Below, piece after piece: positions 40,715 through 54,769 of a stretch of DNA of 64,000 nucleotides. The notes below the pieces were generated by a model, which was not told the DNA's origin, did no database searches, and saw only the letters and a list, made by a program, of their open reading frames with translations. The stretch comes from the human T2T-CHM13v2.0 reference genome, Homo sapiens: assembly GCF_009914755.1 (NCBI RefSeq), contig NC_060928.1; one strand, given 5' to 3'. The stretch's first letter is position 1; each line of letters opens with the position of its first letter. The translations under genes were made by a program, and so were the position numbers.

Positions 40715-40965
40715 GAGGTGATTATAAAAAACATATTGAGTTAAACAACCTGGGATTGATGATGCCTCAGGTCCACCTTTTACTAGCTAAATGACCTTGG
40801 GCAAGTTATGCAAGCGCTTTAAACTTCAAGTCCTTCATCTCCTAAAAATGGAAATAACAATAACACTTATTTCATAAAGTACTTCTGGTTAAAGAAATAA
40901 TATACATAAAACTTCTTGCATAGAGCCTAACATGCCTGGAATCAATAAATTACAAATGATATTGT
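40715..40965 (+). mobile_element. MIR SINE
   Basis: 'tactagctaaatgaccttgggcaagtta...aaaatggaaataacaataac'. Confidence 0.75.
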
Positions 40966-41069
40966 TAAATATATGTAATTTTTATTTTGTGCGTGGTAAA
41001 AAGACAAATGAAAATTATTTATGCAGGTTAATATATTTGGCATTATGTTCATGCAGCCAAACCACATCG

Positions 41070-42270
41070 TTTTGTATTTTTCCCATATTCAAAATAAAGA
41101 GTGCCAACCAGAATCAACAGGAAAAAAATTCACATCTAAACATATTACTATAAATTACAAGAACAACAAAAGAAAAGGGAAAATTCTGTAAGCTATCCAT
41201 TAGAGAAAAAAAAAGACCTTTAAAAAAACATAATTAAATTGGCATCACATGTTTCAACAGGGACACTGTAAGGAAGAAGACACTAAAGTGATATTTTTTT
41301 CACACTATGAAAGAATGAAAAACTTGAACTTAGAATATATCCTGCTATAGTGAGCCAAGATCATGCCACTGCACTCCAGTCTGGGTGACACAGTGAGACT
41401 CCGTCTCAAAAAAAAAAACAAAAAAAAGAATATATCCTGCTATAATGGTAATTTTAAAATGAAATTGAAATAAAGATATATTCAGACATAGAAAGCCTCA
41501 GAAAATTTACTATACAGGAATTCACTTTTAAAACATTCTTGAAAGAAGCACTCCTGAAAAAAGAGAAACCAATCTAAAAATTCTTCATAAGCTCCAAGAA
41601 GTATGCATGAAAACAAGTTAAAATCTTTTGGGTTTGTGATATGAATAAGCAGTTACCAAACTAGGAACAGAAGACCAAAACATAGGCACAAATGAAAAGG
41701 AAGAAAATCTAGAAAATCAAAGTCTAAATGATGCCAAAATCAAAAAAACGTATCTGAAGATGAAAACATAACAAAGGCATTAAGAACATGCCAAGGACAG
41801 GGCCTTCTTTAGGAAAAAAATAAGCATGTGTATTATTTTTAATACCTCAGGAAGAACCACTAAAAAATAAACAGAATACACAACTTTCAATGAGTATAAG
41901 AAAAATTCACCTATTCAACGAATGCAGAAAAAATACAGAAAATTGTTATACAATTATAAAATAAGACATGAGAAATAAAAAGTAAAGTAGTAACTCATTT
42001 AATGTAAGTGAAGTAAGTTGACGAATTAAACTAGAGACCCTCAGATTAGACTAAAGGAGCAGCCATATGCTATCTATATGTCATGCATTTTAAAACAAAA
42101 GGATACAAACATGTTTAAGATAAAGGGATGAAGATATTTCAGGCAAATCTGAACTATAAGACAGCAGTGGTAGTGATATTAAAAACAGATAAGAGATATG
42201 AAAAACACACAACACCAGAAGGACTCTTATATACCTGAATACGTAAGAATAAATTTAAAACATACATAAA
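41070..42270 (+). mobile_element. Very old L1M/HAL1-like ORF1-ORF2 junction fragments
   Basis: A-rich sequence with 'aattggcatcacatgtttcaacagggacactg', 'aaataaagatatattcagacatag' and 'ctcagattagactaaaggagcagccatatgctatctat'. Confidence 0.5.
41350..41426 (+). mobile_element. Severely 5'-truncated Alu (last ~59 bp of the right arm plus A-tail)
   Basis: 'gtgagccaagatcatgccactgcactccagtctgggtgacacagtgagactccgtctc' + A-tail, with a perfect 18-bp TSD AGAATATATCCTGCTATA. Confidence 0.93.
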
Positions 42271-42285
42271 TAGATAGATATAGAT

Positions 42286-44722
42286 TGTTATGGTTTAGAT
42301 GTTTGCCCCTTCCAAATTTCATGTTGAAATATGATTCCCAATGTTGGAGGTGGGGCTTGGTAGGAGGTGATTGGATCATGGGGTCAGACCCCTCATGAAT
42401 GGTTTAGCACCATCCCCTTGGTGATAAGCGAGTTCTTAGTTCATGCAAGTTCCGGTTGTTTACAAGTCTGACTCTTGGCTCTTTTGCTCCCATTCTCACT
42501 ATGCCTGCTCCCCCTTCACCTTCCACTATGATAATAAGCGTCCTCTGGTCCTCATCAGAACCAGATGCTGGCCCCATGCTTCCTGTACACTCTGCAGATC
42601 TTTGAGCCAATTAAGTCTCTTTTCTTTACAAATTACAAACTCTCAGATATTCCTTTATAGTAACCCAAATGACCTAATACAGAAAATTGGTACTGAGGAG
42701 TGGAGTACTACTATAAAAATATCTGAAAATGTGGAAGTGGCTTTGGAACTGGATAACAGGCAGAGATCAGAAGAGTTTGGAGGACTCAGTATCCTGACAA
42801 CAGGAAGATGAGGAAAAGTTTGGCACTTCTTATAGAGTGGTTAAATGGTTGTGACCAAAATGCTGATAGTGATATGGACAATGAAGTCCAGGCTGATGAG
42901 ATCTCAGATGGAAATTAGGAACTTATTGGGAACTGAAACAAAATCACTCTTGTTATGCCTTAGCAAAGAACTTGGCTGCATTGTGCTCCTGCCGTAGGGA
43001 TCTGTGGAAGTTTGAACTTAAGAGTGAAGACTTAGGGTATCTGTCATTGAAATTTCTAAGCAGCAAAGCATTCCAAACGTAGCTTGGCTGCTTCTAACAG
43101 TCTATGCTTAGATGTGAGAGAAAATAAATGACTTAAATTTGGAACTTATATTTAAAAGGGAAGAAGAGCATAAAAGTTTGCAAATTTTGCAGCTAGCCAT
43201 GTGGTAGAAAAGAAAAACCCTTTTTCTGGGGAAGAATCCAAGAGGGCTACAGAGCAACCACTTGTTACAGAGATTTCCACAACTAAATGGGAGCCAGGTA
43301 CTGATATCCAAGACAATGGGGAAAAGGCCTTGAAGGCATTTCAGAGATCTATGTGGCAGCTCCTCTCAGCACAGGCCTGGAGACCTAGGAGAAAAGAATG
43401 GTTTAGGGGGCCAGGCCCAGAAATCCCTGACTTGTGCCACCCCAGGAAACTGTTCCTCACATCCTTGCTTCTCCAGTTACAGCCTCAGATCAAAGGGGCC
43501 CAAGAACAGCTCACACCACCACTCCAGAGAGCACATACCATAAGCCTCGGCAGCTTCCATGTGGCATTAAGTCTGCATATGCTCAGAATGCAAGATTTAA
43601 GGAGGTATGGCAGCTCCCACCTAGATTCCAAAGGATGTATGAGAAAGACTGAGTGCCCAGGCAGAAGACTACCATGGGGGCAGAGCCCCCACAGAGAAAC
43701 TCTCCTAGGGCAATGCCAAGGGGAAATGTAGCATTGGAACGTCCACACAAAGTTCCCACAGCAGCACTGCTTAATGGAGCTGTGAGAATGCATCTGCCAC
43801 CCTCCAGACCTGGGAAAGATAGAGTTATCAGCAGCTTGCACCCTTTTCCTGGAAAAGCTGCAAACAGTCAGCTCCAACCCATGAGAGTAGCCATGGGGCC
43901 TGGATCCTTCAAAGGCAGAAGGATGGAGCTGCCAAGGCCTTGGGAGCCCACCCCTTGCACCAGTGTGCCCTGGATGCATGACATGGAGTTGAAGGAGATT
44001 ATTTTGGAGCTTCAAGATTTAATAACTGCCCTGATGTGTTTCAGACATTCATAGGGCCTATTGCCTCTTCCTTCTGGCCAATTTCTCCCTTTTGGAATGG
44101 TAATGTTTACCTAATGCCTGTACTACCATTGTATCTTGGAAGTAAATAACTTGTTTTGATTCTACAGGCTCATAGGTGAAAGGAGATAGGTCTCAGATGA
44201 GAGTTAGGACTTTAGACTTGATGCTGATGTAAGTTAAAATTTTGCAGACTATTGGCAGGTGATTGTTGTATTTTGCTATGTAAGAAGGACCTGAGATTTA
44301 AGGGGCCAGGGGCAGAACAATATAGTTTGAATGTTTGTCCCCTCCAAATCTCATGTTGAAATATGATTCCAGTGTTGGAAGTGGGGCCTTCTGGGAGGTG
44401 GAAGACCCCTCATGAATGGCATAGCACCATCCTATTGGTGATAAGTGAGTTCTCACTCAAGTTAGTTCACACAAGATTTGGTTGCTCAGAAGTCTGGGAC
44501 CTCTCCCAACCCTGCTCTCTTGCTCCCACTCTCACCATGTGATGTGCCTGCTTCTCCTTCACCTTCCACCATGATTGTAAGCTTCTGTAGGCCCTCACCA
44601 GAAGCAGAGGCTGACAGTACACTTCCTTTATACCCTGTAGAACTGTAAGCCAATTAAATCTCTTCTTTACAAATTATCCAGGCTCATGTATTCCTTTATA
44701 GTAACATAAGCAGCCTAATATA
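42286..44722 (+). mobile_element. Complete MST (MSTA/MSTB-type) MaLR provirus: 5'LTR 42286-42681, internal 42682-44317, 3'LTR 44318-44722
   Basis: Two homologous LTRs, an internal region starting 'gaaaattggtactgaggagtgg', a purine tract 'aggggccaggggcagaa' before the 3' LTR, and TSD TAGAT/TAGAG. Confidence 0.92.
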
Positions 44723-44857
44723 TAGAGAGAAAAGTATAAAATGGTTATAGACATGTGTGTATGCATGTATGAAATAGGTAGAGAAACAGCAGACAGAATT
44801 ATGAGAAAAAAACAGATAAATCAACATCACTCCTTCATTCCTCTTTCTAACTTTACT

Positions 44858-45162
44858 GGCCGGGCATGGTGGCTCACGCCTGTAATCCCAGCACTTTGGG
44901 AGGCCAAGGCAGGCAGATTACTTCAGGACAGGAGTTCAAGACCTGCTCGGCCAACATAAAGAAATCCATCTCTATTAAAAATACAAAAATTAGCCAGGCA
45001 TGGTGGCAAGCGCCTGTAATCCAGCTACTCCGGAGGCTGAGGAATGAGAGTCACTTGAACCCAGGAGGCGGAGGCTGCAGTGAGCCGAGACTATGCCACT
45101 GCACTCCATCCTGGGGCACGGAGTGAGACTCCATCTCAATAAAAAAATAAATAAATAAATAA
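44858..45162 (+). mobile_element. Alu, AluSx/Sz-like, with (AAAT)n tail
   Basis: Full dimer from GGCCGGGCATGGTGGCTCACGCC to the A-rich tail. Confidence 0.93.
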
Positions 45163-45189
45163 TTTATTTATTTCCTCACTACTGAATCA

Positions 45190-46395
45190 TTCACATTAAA
45201 ATAAACAGTTTTTTGATGCCACTTTCCTGCTTTAGTTACCTCTCCTCTCTTTTCCCATTTACAGCAAAAGTCCTCAAAAGGGTGGTCTATATTCTCTGCC
45301 TCCCATCCTCTTCTTCTCTTCTCTCTTGAACCCTCTCCAATCAGGTTTTCATCTCCAGCATTCTACCAAGACTGTTTGTTTCAAGGGCCCCAATTACTTC
45401 CACAGTGCTAAGGTAGGTGATCCATTGTGAATTTTCATATTCGGCCTAAGCTGATCACTCTTTCCCCCTTGAAACAATTATGTCACCTGGCTTCCTAGAC
45501 ACCACTCTTTCCTCTAGCTTTCTTTCCACTGCCTTAACCGTTCCTCTCAAGATTCTTTGTTGGTTCCTCATAGAAACATTAGTCTAGAGCCCAGGCCCTG
45601 GGCTCCAACACTATCCACACTAGTCTCACGACTTTAAATACCACTGACTTGCTAAAATCTTCAAATTCCTATTTCTACCTCAGATATCTTCCTGGAGCTC
45701 CAGGCTCATGTATCTGAATTCCTATATGACATCTATACTTGCATATCTAAAAGGCACCTCACATTAATATGTCCAAACTCAAACTCCTGACTTACAGCCA
45801 CAACATCTGATTCTCCAAGATTCTTTTCCTTCCCAGTAAATATCAATTCTATTCTTCCACTGTTCAGGCCAAAACTCTTTCTCGCTTTCTTAACCCTTCT
45901 CTTTCCCTCAAACTACTCATTCAGTATATCAGCAAAATCTGTTTGCCTTTCCTTCAAAATATATACTGAATCCACCCATGTGTAATACTTTTATGACTCC
46001 TACCCTCATCCAAGAAACCATCCTATCATTTCTCATCTAAAGTATTGCAATAGCTTCCTACGTGGTTCCTTACAATCTATTCTCATCACAATAGCCACTG
46101 TAAGCCTTATAAAATTTAAGTTAGATTATGTGACTCTTTTCATCAAAACTTTCCAATAGGTTCCTACATCTCTGAGAGTAAACCCCAGAGTTCTTAAAAT
46201 GTTCTCTCTAATTCAATCTCCAATTTCTGCTCTGGTACTGACTATTACTACACTGGCCTCCTGCTATTCCATACATACCCCTTCTGCCTCAGGGCCTTTG
46301 CACCTGCTGTTCCCTCTGCTGGAAATAATTTTCTACTAGACATTCACTCATTTTTGCTTTCTTCTGGTGTTTCCTCAAATTCCATCTTTCCATGA
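45190..46395 (+). mobile_element. L2 LINE (L2a-like), about 1.2 kb
   Basis: 'catttacagcaaaagtcctcaaaagggtggtctat', 'gcatatctaaaaggcacctcacattaatatgtccaaac' and 'ctcagggcctttgcacctgctgttccctctgctggaa'. Confidence 0.85.
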
Positions 46396-46396
46396 G

Positions 46397-47085
<689 letters not shown>

Positions 47086-47089
47086 GAAC

Positions 47090-48145
47090 TAGAGCATTCT
47101 TATTCAAGTTGTTCCAAGAAACAGGAAAAGAAAAAAAAAAAAACCTGCCCATTCATTTGCGAGGCTAGTTCAACCCTGATTCCATAGAGAGTCTATGTAA
47201 GAAAAGAAATATAATCCAAATCACTTATTAACATTGATATTAACATTTCTAGATAAAATATTATCTACACACGTCCAAATTCAAGAAAAAGAAAAGTTCT
47301 TTCATCAAATTGGTTTTATCCCAAACCCCTTCATTTCCATCCATATAATAAGTCATATGTAAATATAATTTAACAACAGAAAATATATTAGTAGAGTCGT
47401 CACATCTCCAAAAAGATAAAAAATATATAATTAACTCAATAGGTCAGAAATGTTATTATGATTTCAAAATAAAACAAATATATAAAACTAGGAATAGATT
47501 CTTAACTTGATTAATCCTGTATGAAAAAAATTACATAAAATATCTCTTCTAGATATATTTTCTTTAAGATCAGAACACAAGATACAAATGTTTACTATTA
47601 CCTCTACTGTTCAATATTGGTATAGAGAAAAAGTAAAAAAGAAGTATTTAAATTGGGAAACAAGAGAAAACACTATCGCTACTTGCAGATTATATAATCA
47701 TCTACCACAGAAAGCAGAGTCTACTAGATGTAGTTAAGATTGATCAATAAGCTTATTAGGTATACACGTCAAATGTTAAAACCAATGTCTTTTACACCAC
47801 AAATAAGAAAACAGAAAATAAAACCAGAACAAAACACCATTCAAATAGCAAAAAATATAAAGCAACCAGAAATCAACCTGGTAAAGAATACACATGACTT
47901 TTATGAAGAAAAAGCAAATATCGTTATTAAGCAATATAAATGGACATCTAAATAAATGAAGAGCCACTCCCTTAATCTAAGAAGAAACATTGTTGTTAAG
48001 ATATCATATTACTCAAATTAATCTTTAAGACATTGCGTTGCAAATCAAAATTCCAGCTGGATATTTTGTACAGATTGACAAATTGATTCTGAAATTTATT
48101 GGGAAGAATAAATGTCCTTGAAAAGGAAGAGCAAGTAAGGAGGAC
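47090..48145 (+). mobile_element. Very old L1M ORF2 fragment
   Basis: 'cttgcagattatataatcatctac' (FADD-motif region), 'aaaacaccattcaaatagcaaaaaatataaagc' and 'attgacaaattgattctgaaattta'. Confidence 0.65.
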
Positions 48146-48159
48146 TCATATATTTGACA

Positions 48160-48375
48160 GCCAGATCATAAGTTTTTAAGAGCTGACTCTGCCCTCCTGG
48201 TTATGGCTTCTGAAAAATTGTTTAACCTCCTTAAATCTTGCTCTTCTCATATACATGGTGAGGGTGAAAATATTACCTTCCTCAAGGGACTATTGCGAGA
48301 AATAAATGAAATAATGTATGTAAAGTGCCTGAAATGTAGTGAGAACTCAGTAAGTTTAAGCTATTGTTATTGCTG
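48160..48375 (+). mobile_element. MIR SINE
   Basis: 'tgcgagaataaatgaaataatgtatgtaaagtgcctg...actcagtaagtttaagctattgttatt'. Confidence 0.75.
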
Positions 48376-48819
48376 CTAGTATTATATTAATATGTAGTTA
48401 TTTGTATATCTTCGTTGCAACACTAGAACTTCTTTACCCAGAATATTAAGTATTATTCATTTTGTTCACCTGTAATGAATAGCCTTCATATGAGTCATGT
48501 TTGTTGGTTTGTTCATTTTTATAATTTATAAAAGCAGAAGAAAAGGAGTTCTCTTTCTTCTCTTATTTAAGATAAGGAAAGTAGAGTCAGAGGTATTCTA
48601 CTCTTTTCCAGCCCCTAGAATATAATCTCCAATAAAAGCAAAAGCAAAAGAAACGAAGCTTGCAAATAGAGGGCTTTACTGGGATTGGATGATCTATGGC
48701 AGAAATATTGTAACTGAAACTCTAAACTGCTGTTTCAGAATTTGGTATGCTTATTTAGAGACAGTAAAACTCAGTCAATAGGAAAATTCAATAAGCTTAC
48801 TAATAAACTGGAAATCTTA

Positions 48820-48965
48820 AGGCCTAATATCTTACTTAAGTATTTATAACAAGTTACTTCCCTTCTGTCTTTTGTTTTCCCTATCTGTAAAATGGGAATA
48901 ATAATTCTTGCATCCCTGGCATAACTATTGAACAGATTGATGAAGATGGTGCTATATAAATGCTT
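48820..48965 (+). mobile_element. MIR SINE
   Basis: 'caagttacttccc...gttttccctatctgtaaaatgggaataataa'. Confidence 0.7.
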
Positions 48966-50289
48966 ATTTCAAAACATAGGCAAATGGTGGTGGAATAAAA
49001 GTCCGACAGAATTCCCGGTGCTCTCTGGGGTTAAATGTGTTGCATATTAAAAAGTTATCATCTGTGTATCAAAGAATACCACCACAAGCAAGCAACATGA
49101 AAAAATTATGTATTTTTGTTCCCCACTCACTGGTAAACTTGACCCTTTCTACCTGTAGCTACTAATGCTTAGAACAACTGCTTTTCTCCTTTTGCAGATT
49201 CTCCTAGGAGAAAATCGAATATGCCTCTTAAAAATATAAATTATATTGAAACGAGTGGGTCCCATCTGCTAAAAAGCAAACATTGTGAAGAAAACTGTAC
49301 TTATTTCAATAGCCACAAGGCATCATGGAAATTAAGCAATATAATTCAACTAGATCTTGTTTAGTGATTTCCTTAACAGCCTATATTTCATTATGTTTCC
49401 TGGGTTTTCATAAAATGTGTAATTAGACAATGGTGGCAGAGGGGTAGAAGCAGGCACTGAAAAGTGTACAAGAGGGCAGTGCCAAGACTTCGCATCGCTG
49501 TTAACGCTGATATTGACATTCAGGAAGCACTAATATTTGGCATTAAGGGTTCTCAGAGTCAATTGTTCCCATTTTTAGCTCTCGTAAAAACAAGTGATAA
49601 CCAAGAGAAGCACATGATGACAAAAAGTAGCACAAGCAAGGGGCAGAAGGGCAGCAACTAGAAGTCAATGTTTTTAATGGAGGACGGAGCATTAGCCTTG
49701 TACTTGGGCAATTCTATTAATTGGGAGGATGAGGAGATCCAATGATGCAAATGATCCCATCAATACCAGACACAAAGGCCACCTGATAGCCAGGAAAATC
49801 TTCCTTGACCTCAAGGTTGCCCTGACTCCTCAGCAGAGCATGTAAAGGTCTTCTTGATGTAGACCCCGCTGGTCCTCTGCAGCCCCAGCCACCCAAAGCC
49901 ACCTGCATTTCTCTTATGTCTGGATCTCTGTGCTTCTTCTGATTTCTGCTTGGATTTTCCCTCTCGCTCTGTTTCCTAATACTTGCATTTTGTGGCCAAC
50001 TTCTACCAATTGTTTTGGTCTCAAACAGTAGCCTCTGGGGAGCCTTTCCTGTCACTTGTCTATCTGCCATGAACAGTCTTTTCATGCACTTCAGTGGCTC
50101 CCTGTGCTACCTCCTAGCAAAGTACCCATCACTCTTTGTTATCTAGTCACATGACCCCCCTCCCCAGGTTATCTGTATGCTCTAAGAGCTCTAGTATGGA
50201 GCTATTCTTCCTAGTGTATCTTCTCACCAACTTATACATAGTAAATGCTCAGTAGATAATGGCTGAACATTGTTAACAGAAGAAAACTA

Positions 50290-50510
50290 ACTCAGGTTCT
50301 GGAATTAGATAAATCTGTCCTTGCATTCTCACTTTGACATTAAAATTTGTGTGTCAAGATAGTCATCTTTTCTGTAAACTGGGGCATAAATACAGATGGT
50401 GTACAGACTGTTGGTGGGCATTATTAGAAGGCAAAATATGAGAAGCATTTAGCAAATACATGGTGGTTGACACATGGTATATTAAGTAGCAGTCATTTTG
50501 ATAATATTAT
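50290..50510 (+). mobile_element. MIR SINE, degraded
   Basis: 'caggttctggaattagataaatctg', 'tctgtaaactgggg' and 'gaagcatttagcaaatacatgg'. Confidence 0.5.
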
Positions 50511-51609
50511 TAAAGATAGCTAAAATTGGTTTAAGTGTATTTCTCTGCATTATAACCAGTGTTCATTTGAGTCCTAATTTGCAGAGGTTATTATAAATGC
50601 ATGGGCTTGCTTAAAATTTTTCTTAAGTGAGTTCATTCAGCAGGTTTATGCTTAATTTCATAAGAGCAATCTATACTCATTTCAACCAATAACAAAAAAA
50701 CTAGAAGGAGTTTGATTTAAAGAAACATATAAAATGAGGAGTACAGGTGGGGTGAAAAAATGAATAGAATCATTTTAGAGAAATCAAAATATCCAGATTT
50801 TGAAGTGTATGTCCATGCTTATAGTACCAGAAATCTTAAAACTTCTTTTTCAAGGTTTAGGACATTACCATGTGATAAAAGTGGCAGTTTCTTGGACTAG
50901 AATTTAAGCTTAAGTTTAGAAATGGGTAGAAGGATGTAACAAAAACAGCAGTTTAAAATGACAGCTTCACAGGAGGTCAAAGTGGAATTTTCATAGCATT
51001 TCCTGTCCGTTAGAGCAATTACCTGACTTACGATCTTTTTCTGTTGATGTTCAAGGAATAGAAATATACTTTTTAAGAACAAGTTTGCTGATCTGTTGTT
51101 TAAATTTTTATATGTTGAGACTTACAGTTTGAAAACACTTTTGAGGGAGTTTTGCTGAAATCTATTCCTGTGTTTGTCTAATAGTTGATGTTGTATTTCT
51201 GTTAAGTAAAAGCTATCTTCCTCTCTTCTGTCTTGCCCTTAGTAAGTTATAGTCCATCAAAAGGTGTGTGATCATATCGACAATACTATGCCAAGCTCAG
51301 TGGCAGTGATGTCAACAAAGTACTACTTAATAGGTGCCCTTTTTCCAGTAAGATGCTTATAAATGACAGGCTCAACGAATAGAAATGTAAACTATGCACA
51401 TATACCAATATACAGTGGTTTGTCCTTATTGCTATAGGTGTTCAGTACACAGGAGAGCTGAACCTTCCTGACTGTTTAGAACCATGAAGCCATACTTGCC
51501 TTGTGCCCTGCTGAATCCCCATTCATATCACAGTGCCTGGCACAGAGCCTGGTGCTCAATGAACATTTATGAGATTGACCTGAAATTAGTTGTATTGATT
51601 GATTTTGTT

Positions 51610-51800
51610 CTAAACCACCTGACTCAGCAACTTGCCCAAGGCCTTGTCCAAGGTACTCAACTTCTCTGAGCCTCCATTTCTTTATGGGTGAAATTAAAAT
51701 AACAGCATCACTCTATAGCTTCTCAATAAGGACTCAAATGAGCTGGTATGTAAAGCAATCAGTGCAGTATATGGTATAGTAGATACTCAGTATGTGGTAC
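51610..51800 (+). mobile_element. MIR SINE (preceded by an L2 3' end at ~51490-51580)
   Basis: 'actcaacttctctgagcctccatttctttatgggtgaaat' and 'tatgtaaagcaatcagtgcag'. Confidence 0.6.
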
Positions 51801-52199
51801 TGTTTTCGTTTCGATACTTTCAGATATCAAGAATTGATCATGGACCTTCTGGGCCTCATTTCCAAATCATTCAAATAGGCAAATAAAGCATATTAATAGT
51901 TACGAATGTGCAATTGTGAACATCCAAATTAGCTGAAATGGGCAACCCTGAAATAAAATAAGAGGTGCAAAGGTTAGACTAGGTTATATTTGGTAATTGA
52001 AGTATTTAGTTAAGGCTTGCATAGAAATGGACCATAACCTCAACTCTAGAAGACCTGCTTTGCACACACTTTCAGCTGCCCAGCCTACAGTTTGGATACA
52101 GCTGCTCAATGAATTTATAATTTTCTTTTTTGCCAAACATAATTTTACTGGTAACTCCCTCAGAAAAAAAAAAATCAATAGAGAAAACATGTCATGTAA

Positions 52200-52460
52200 T
52201 ATAGCATGCAGAATAAGACTATGAGCTTTGAAATGACAAGCCAGTGCCCAAATCTTAACTCCACTGATAAATTGCTGAGCACCATTTTAAGCAGATTAAT
52301 CTTTCTAAATTTTAAATTTTCATCTTTAACTTGGAAGTAATCATTATCCCCCAAATTGTTGAAAGCAGTAAATTAAATAATGTATATAACACATGTATGA
52401 AATAGACTGCCTTTGCACTTGCCAGATAGTAAGTTCTCAATATTCCCTGTCATCATGATC
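52200..52460 (+). mobile_element. MIR SINE
   Basis: 'atgagctttgaaatgacaagcc...caaatcttaactccactg' and 'aaattaaataatgtatataacac'. Confidence 0.6.
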
Positions 52461-54769
52461 ATCATCAACATTGAGAAAATCTTTATTGGTGAGACACTTT
52501 GATATTACTCATATTAAGCTGAATCTAGTCTAAGTTTAAAATACTCATATTAATTTTGCTGATAGAGGAGACAAAAGGAGAGAAAGTGTGAGGGTATCTA
52601 GATCTTGATTTATCTACTTCATTTTGGCTGACAACTTAACCTTTATCATCTAAAAACAAAATAGAGCCCATCAGTTTGTTTGTGCCATAGAGGCACAATT
52701 CTAGAAGAGTCTAGAAGTGTCCAAACAACACTAAACAAGACGAAAGCTGATACTTAGACACACCAGTTTGCATGTGCATGAGAACAAATTCCAGCACATT
52801 GCTAAGAATTGCCTATTTTTTCAAATTCAAGGTGTTTTATAATTATAAAATAGTCATAAAATCACTGAAATGTAAAACAAATAGAAAAGGAAACCAACAA
52901 CAACAATAAATTGATCGCTTCTCTTCCCTACTATCAATTTCCACAGAATGATGCTCCAGCCCCCAAGGTTCTACCTGGTCAGCTCTCCATCTCACACACC
53001 ATTTCCCCCAAACTCTGTTGCTTTAGAGTCTGTTCCATCAGTCATTCATCCTCCTGCCATCCCACCCACTCCTCCTCCCTGACAGTCTGGCTGTAGATAT
53101 GAGTGAGGAATGATACGGTAACTAGCTTTTCAGATTTATCTTTAAATTTAAAACAGAAAAGGAAGAAAGAAAAAAACAGAAACATTGAGAAGAGATAATG
53201 ACGGGGATAGGAGCTGAGAAGTTGTCCACATCTTAGGGAGAAGGAACCTGATTATGCAAAAATACAGAAAATTAAAAGTCCATGCAGGCATAAACATTCA
53301 GCTCCAGAAAGAATTTTAGTTCAATCAAATCTGAAGAATGAAGGGCATATAGTACATAAGGAACAAAAGTTTGAAGTTATATGTCATCATCTAAAAAGGG
53401 ATATTATGCAGGAAACTCTTGGCAGTTCACTTTATATGGTATTTGGTTGAAAAAGTTCAAAGCCATTTGTTGCTGTTGTTGCTGTGTTTTTCCAAAGTCA
53501 TTTCCTATTGATTCAGCACATCAGGAAACCACGGCTGGGTTTGCCCTGCCAAATATGAGTTTCTACTTTGCTGACTGGATAACATCCAAAAGCCACATTA
53601 TATTGAAGACAATAAGCACCTTGCCTTTGAAAGGAACCAATTGCATAGACAAACGGGGAATGTCTCACAGATTTCTCATCAGTTCTGGGATTGAGTTATT
53701 GCTTTCCATGTGACTCTGCAATTTAGACTGCTGTGGGTTGCACCACTCTGGAGACAAACTCTCTAGTCTGAGTTGGGATGGCCCAGTCTTGCCTACTTCC
53801 CTTCCCTATAGTTTCACCAAGAGATCCCCATATCTTGGCACACAAATGTATTTCAGAAATAGATCTTGGATGGGAGAATAACACAGAGGTAGATGCAATA
53901 TTCAAACATCCCTTTTGTAAAACAGGATGTCTGATAGCATGGGATGGAAGGAGATTAATGTACTAGAGGAACTGAATATGACCCTAAAATAATTTCTGAG
54001 TTTTAGAATATTTACTATAAAATTAAGATAATAACCCGTTCTACTCCATACGGTTGTTTGTGAAGAGGAAAGGAAAATGTATACAAAAATCATGATACAG
54101 AGTAGACAAAGGGAAGAGATTCTTCTGTTAGCCAGACAAGAATTGCAAGGTTTGATTTTGCCAGCAGGAATTTTTCCCTATTTAGGAAGTGAATATTAGA
54201 GGGTAAACATCTTGTTCAACTACATTTTCCCAGCTGGCTGCTTTCACAGATAGACATAGGAATGGCATAATTGTTTTCACTTTTTATAAAACCAGGTAGG
54301 TAGAGCTGAGTGGACACTTAGTCATCCCATTGGGAAGTGTAACAGGGACATATCAATCATTCGGAGGTTCCCAGATGAAAAGGTCAGACAAATGACTCAA
54401 CCCATTTGACAGCTAGCAAATGACAGGTTTGCCAAAATTAAGAGCTTGAAGCACCAGAGAGGATCTGAAGTAAATCTTTGAGACAGCTCCAAATCCAATT
54501 CTATCCATTACCAACCACACCTGCCTGCAGCATTATGCCAATGTTATTACCAAGAGCACTGTGGCAGGAAATAAAGGACAAATTACAAAGATACAACTAT
54601 AACAAAGCAGAAGGGTTGATGCTTCCCAAAGCAAGTTTATCAGTAATTGCAGTGTGCAATTCTACAAGAGTTGACTTCACAACCCTGCCTCCCTCATGTC
54701 TCTAGAAAATTATTTGTATTTCCATGTAGAGTTGGCAGCTAAGTACATAATATCCACTTAACAAACTTA

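Noticed and set aside
43201-44054. Overlapping 133-176 aa ORFs
   Set aside because: They lie within the decayed MST internal region, occur on both strands and show no recognisable intact domain.
53467-53487. Poly-Cys run in ORF 53381..53713
   Set aside because: It is produced by a short (TGT/TGC)n low-complexity tract, and the ORF has no other protein-like features.
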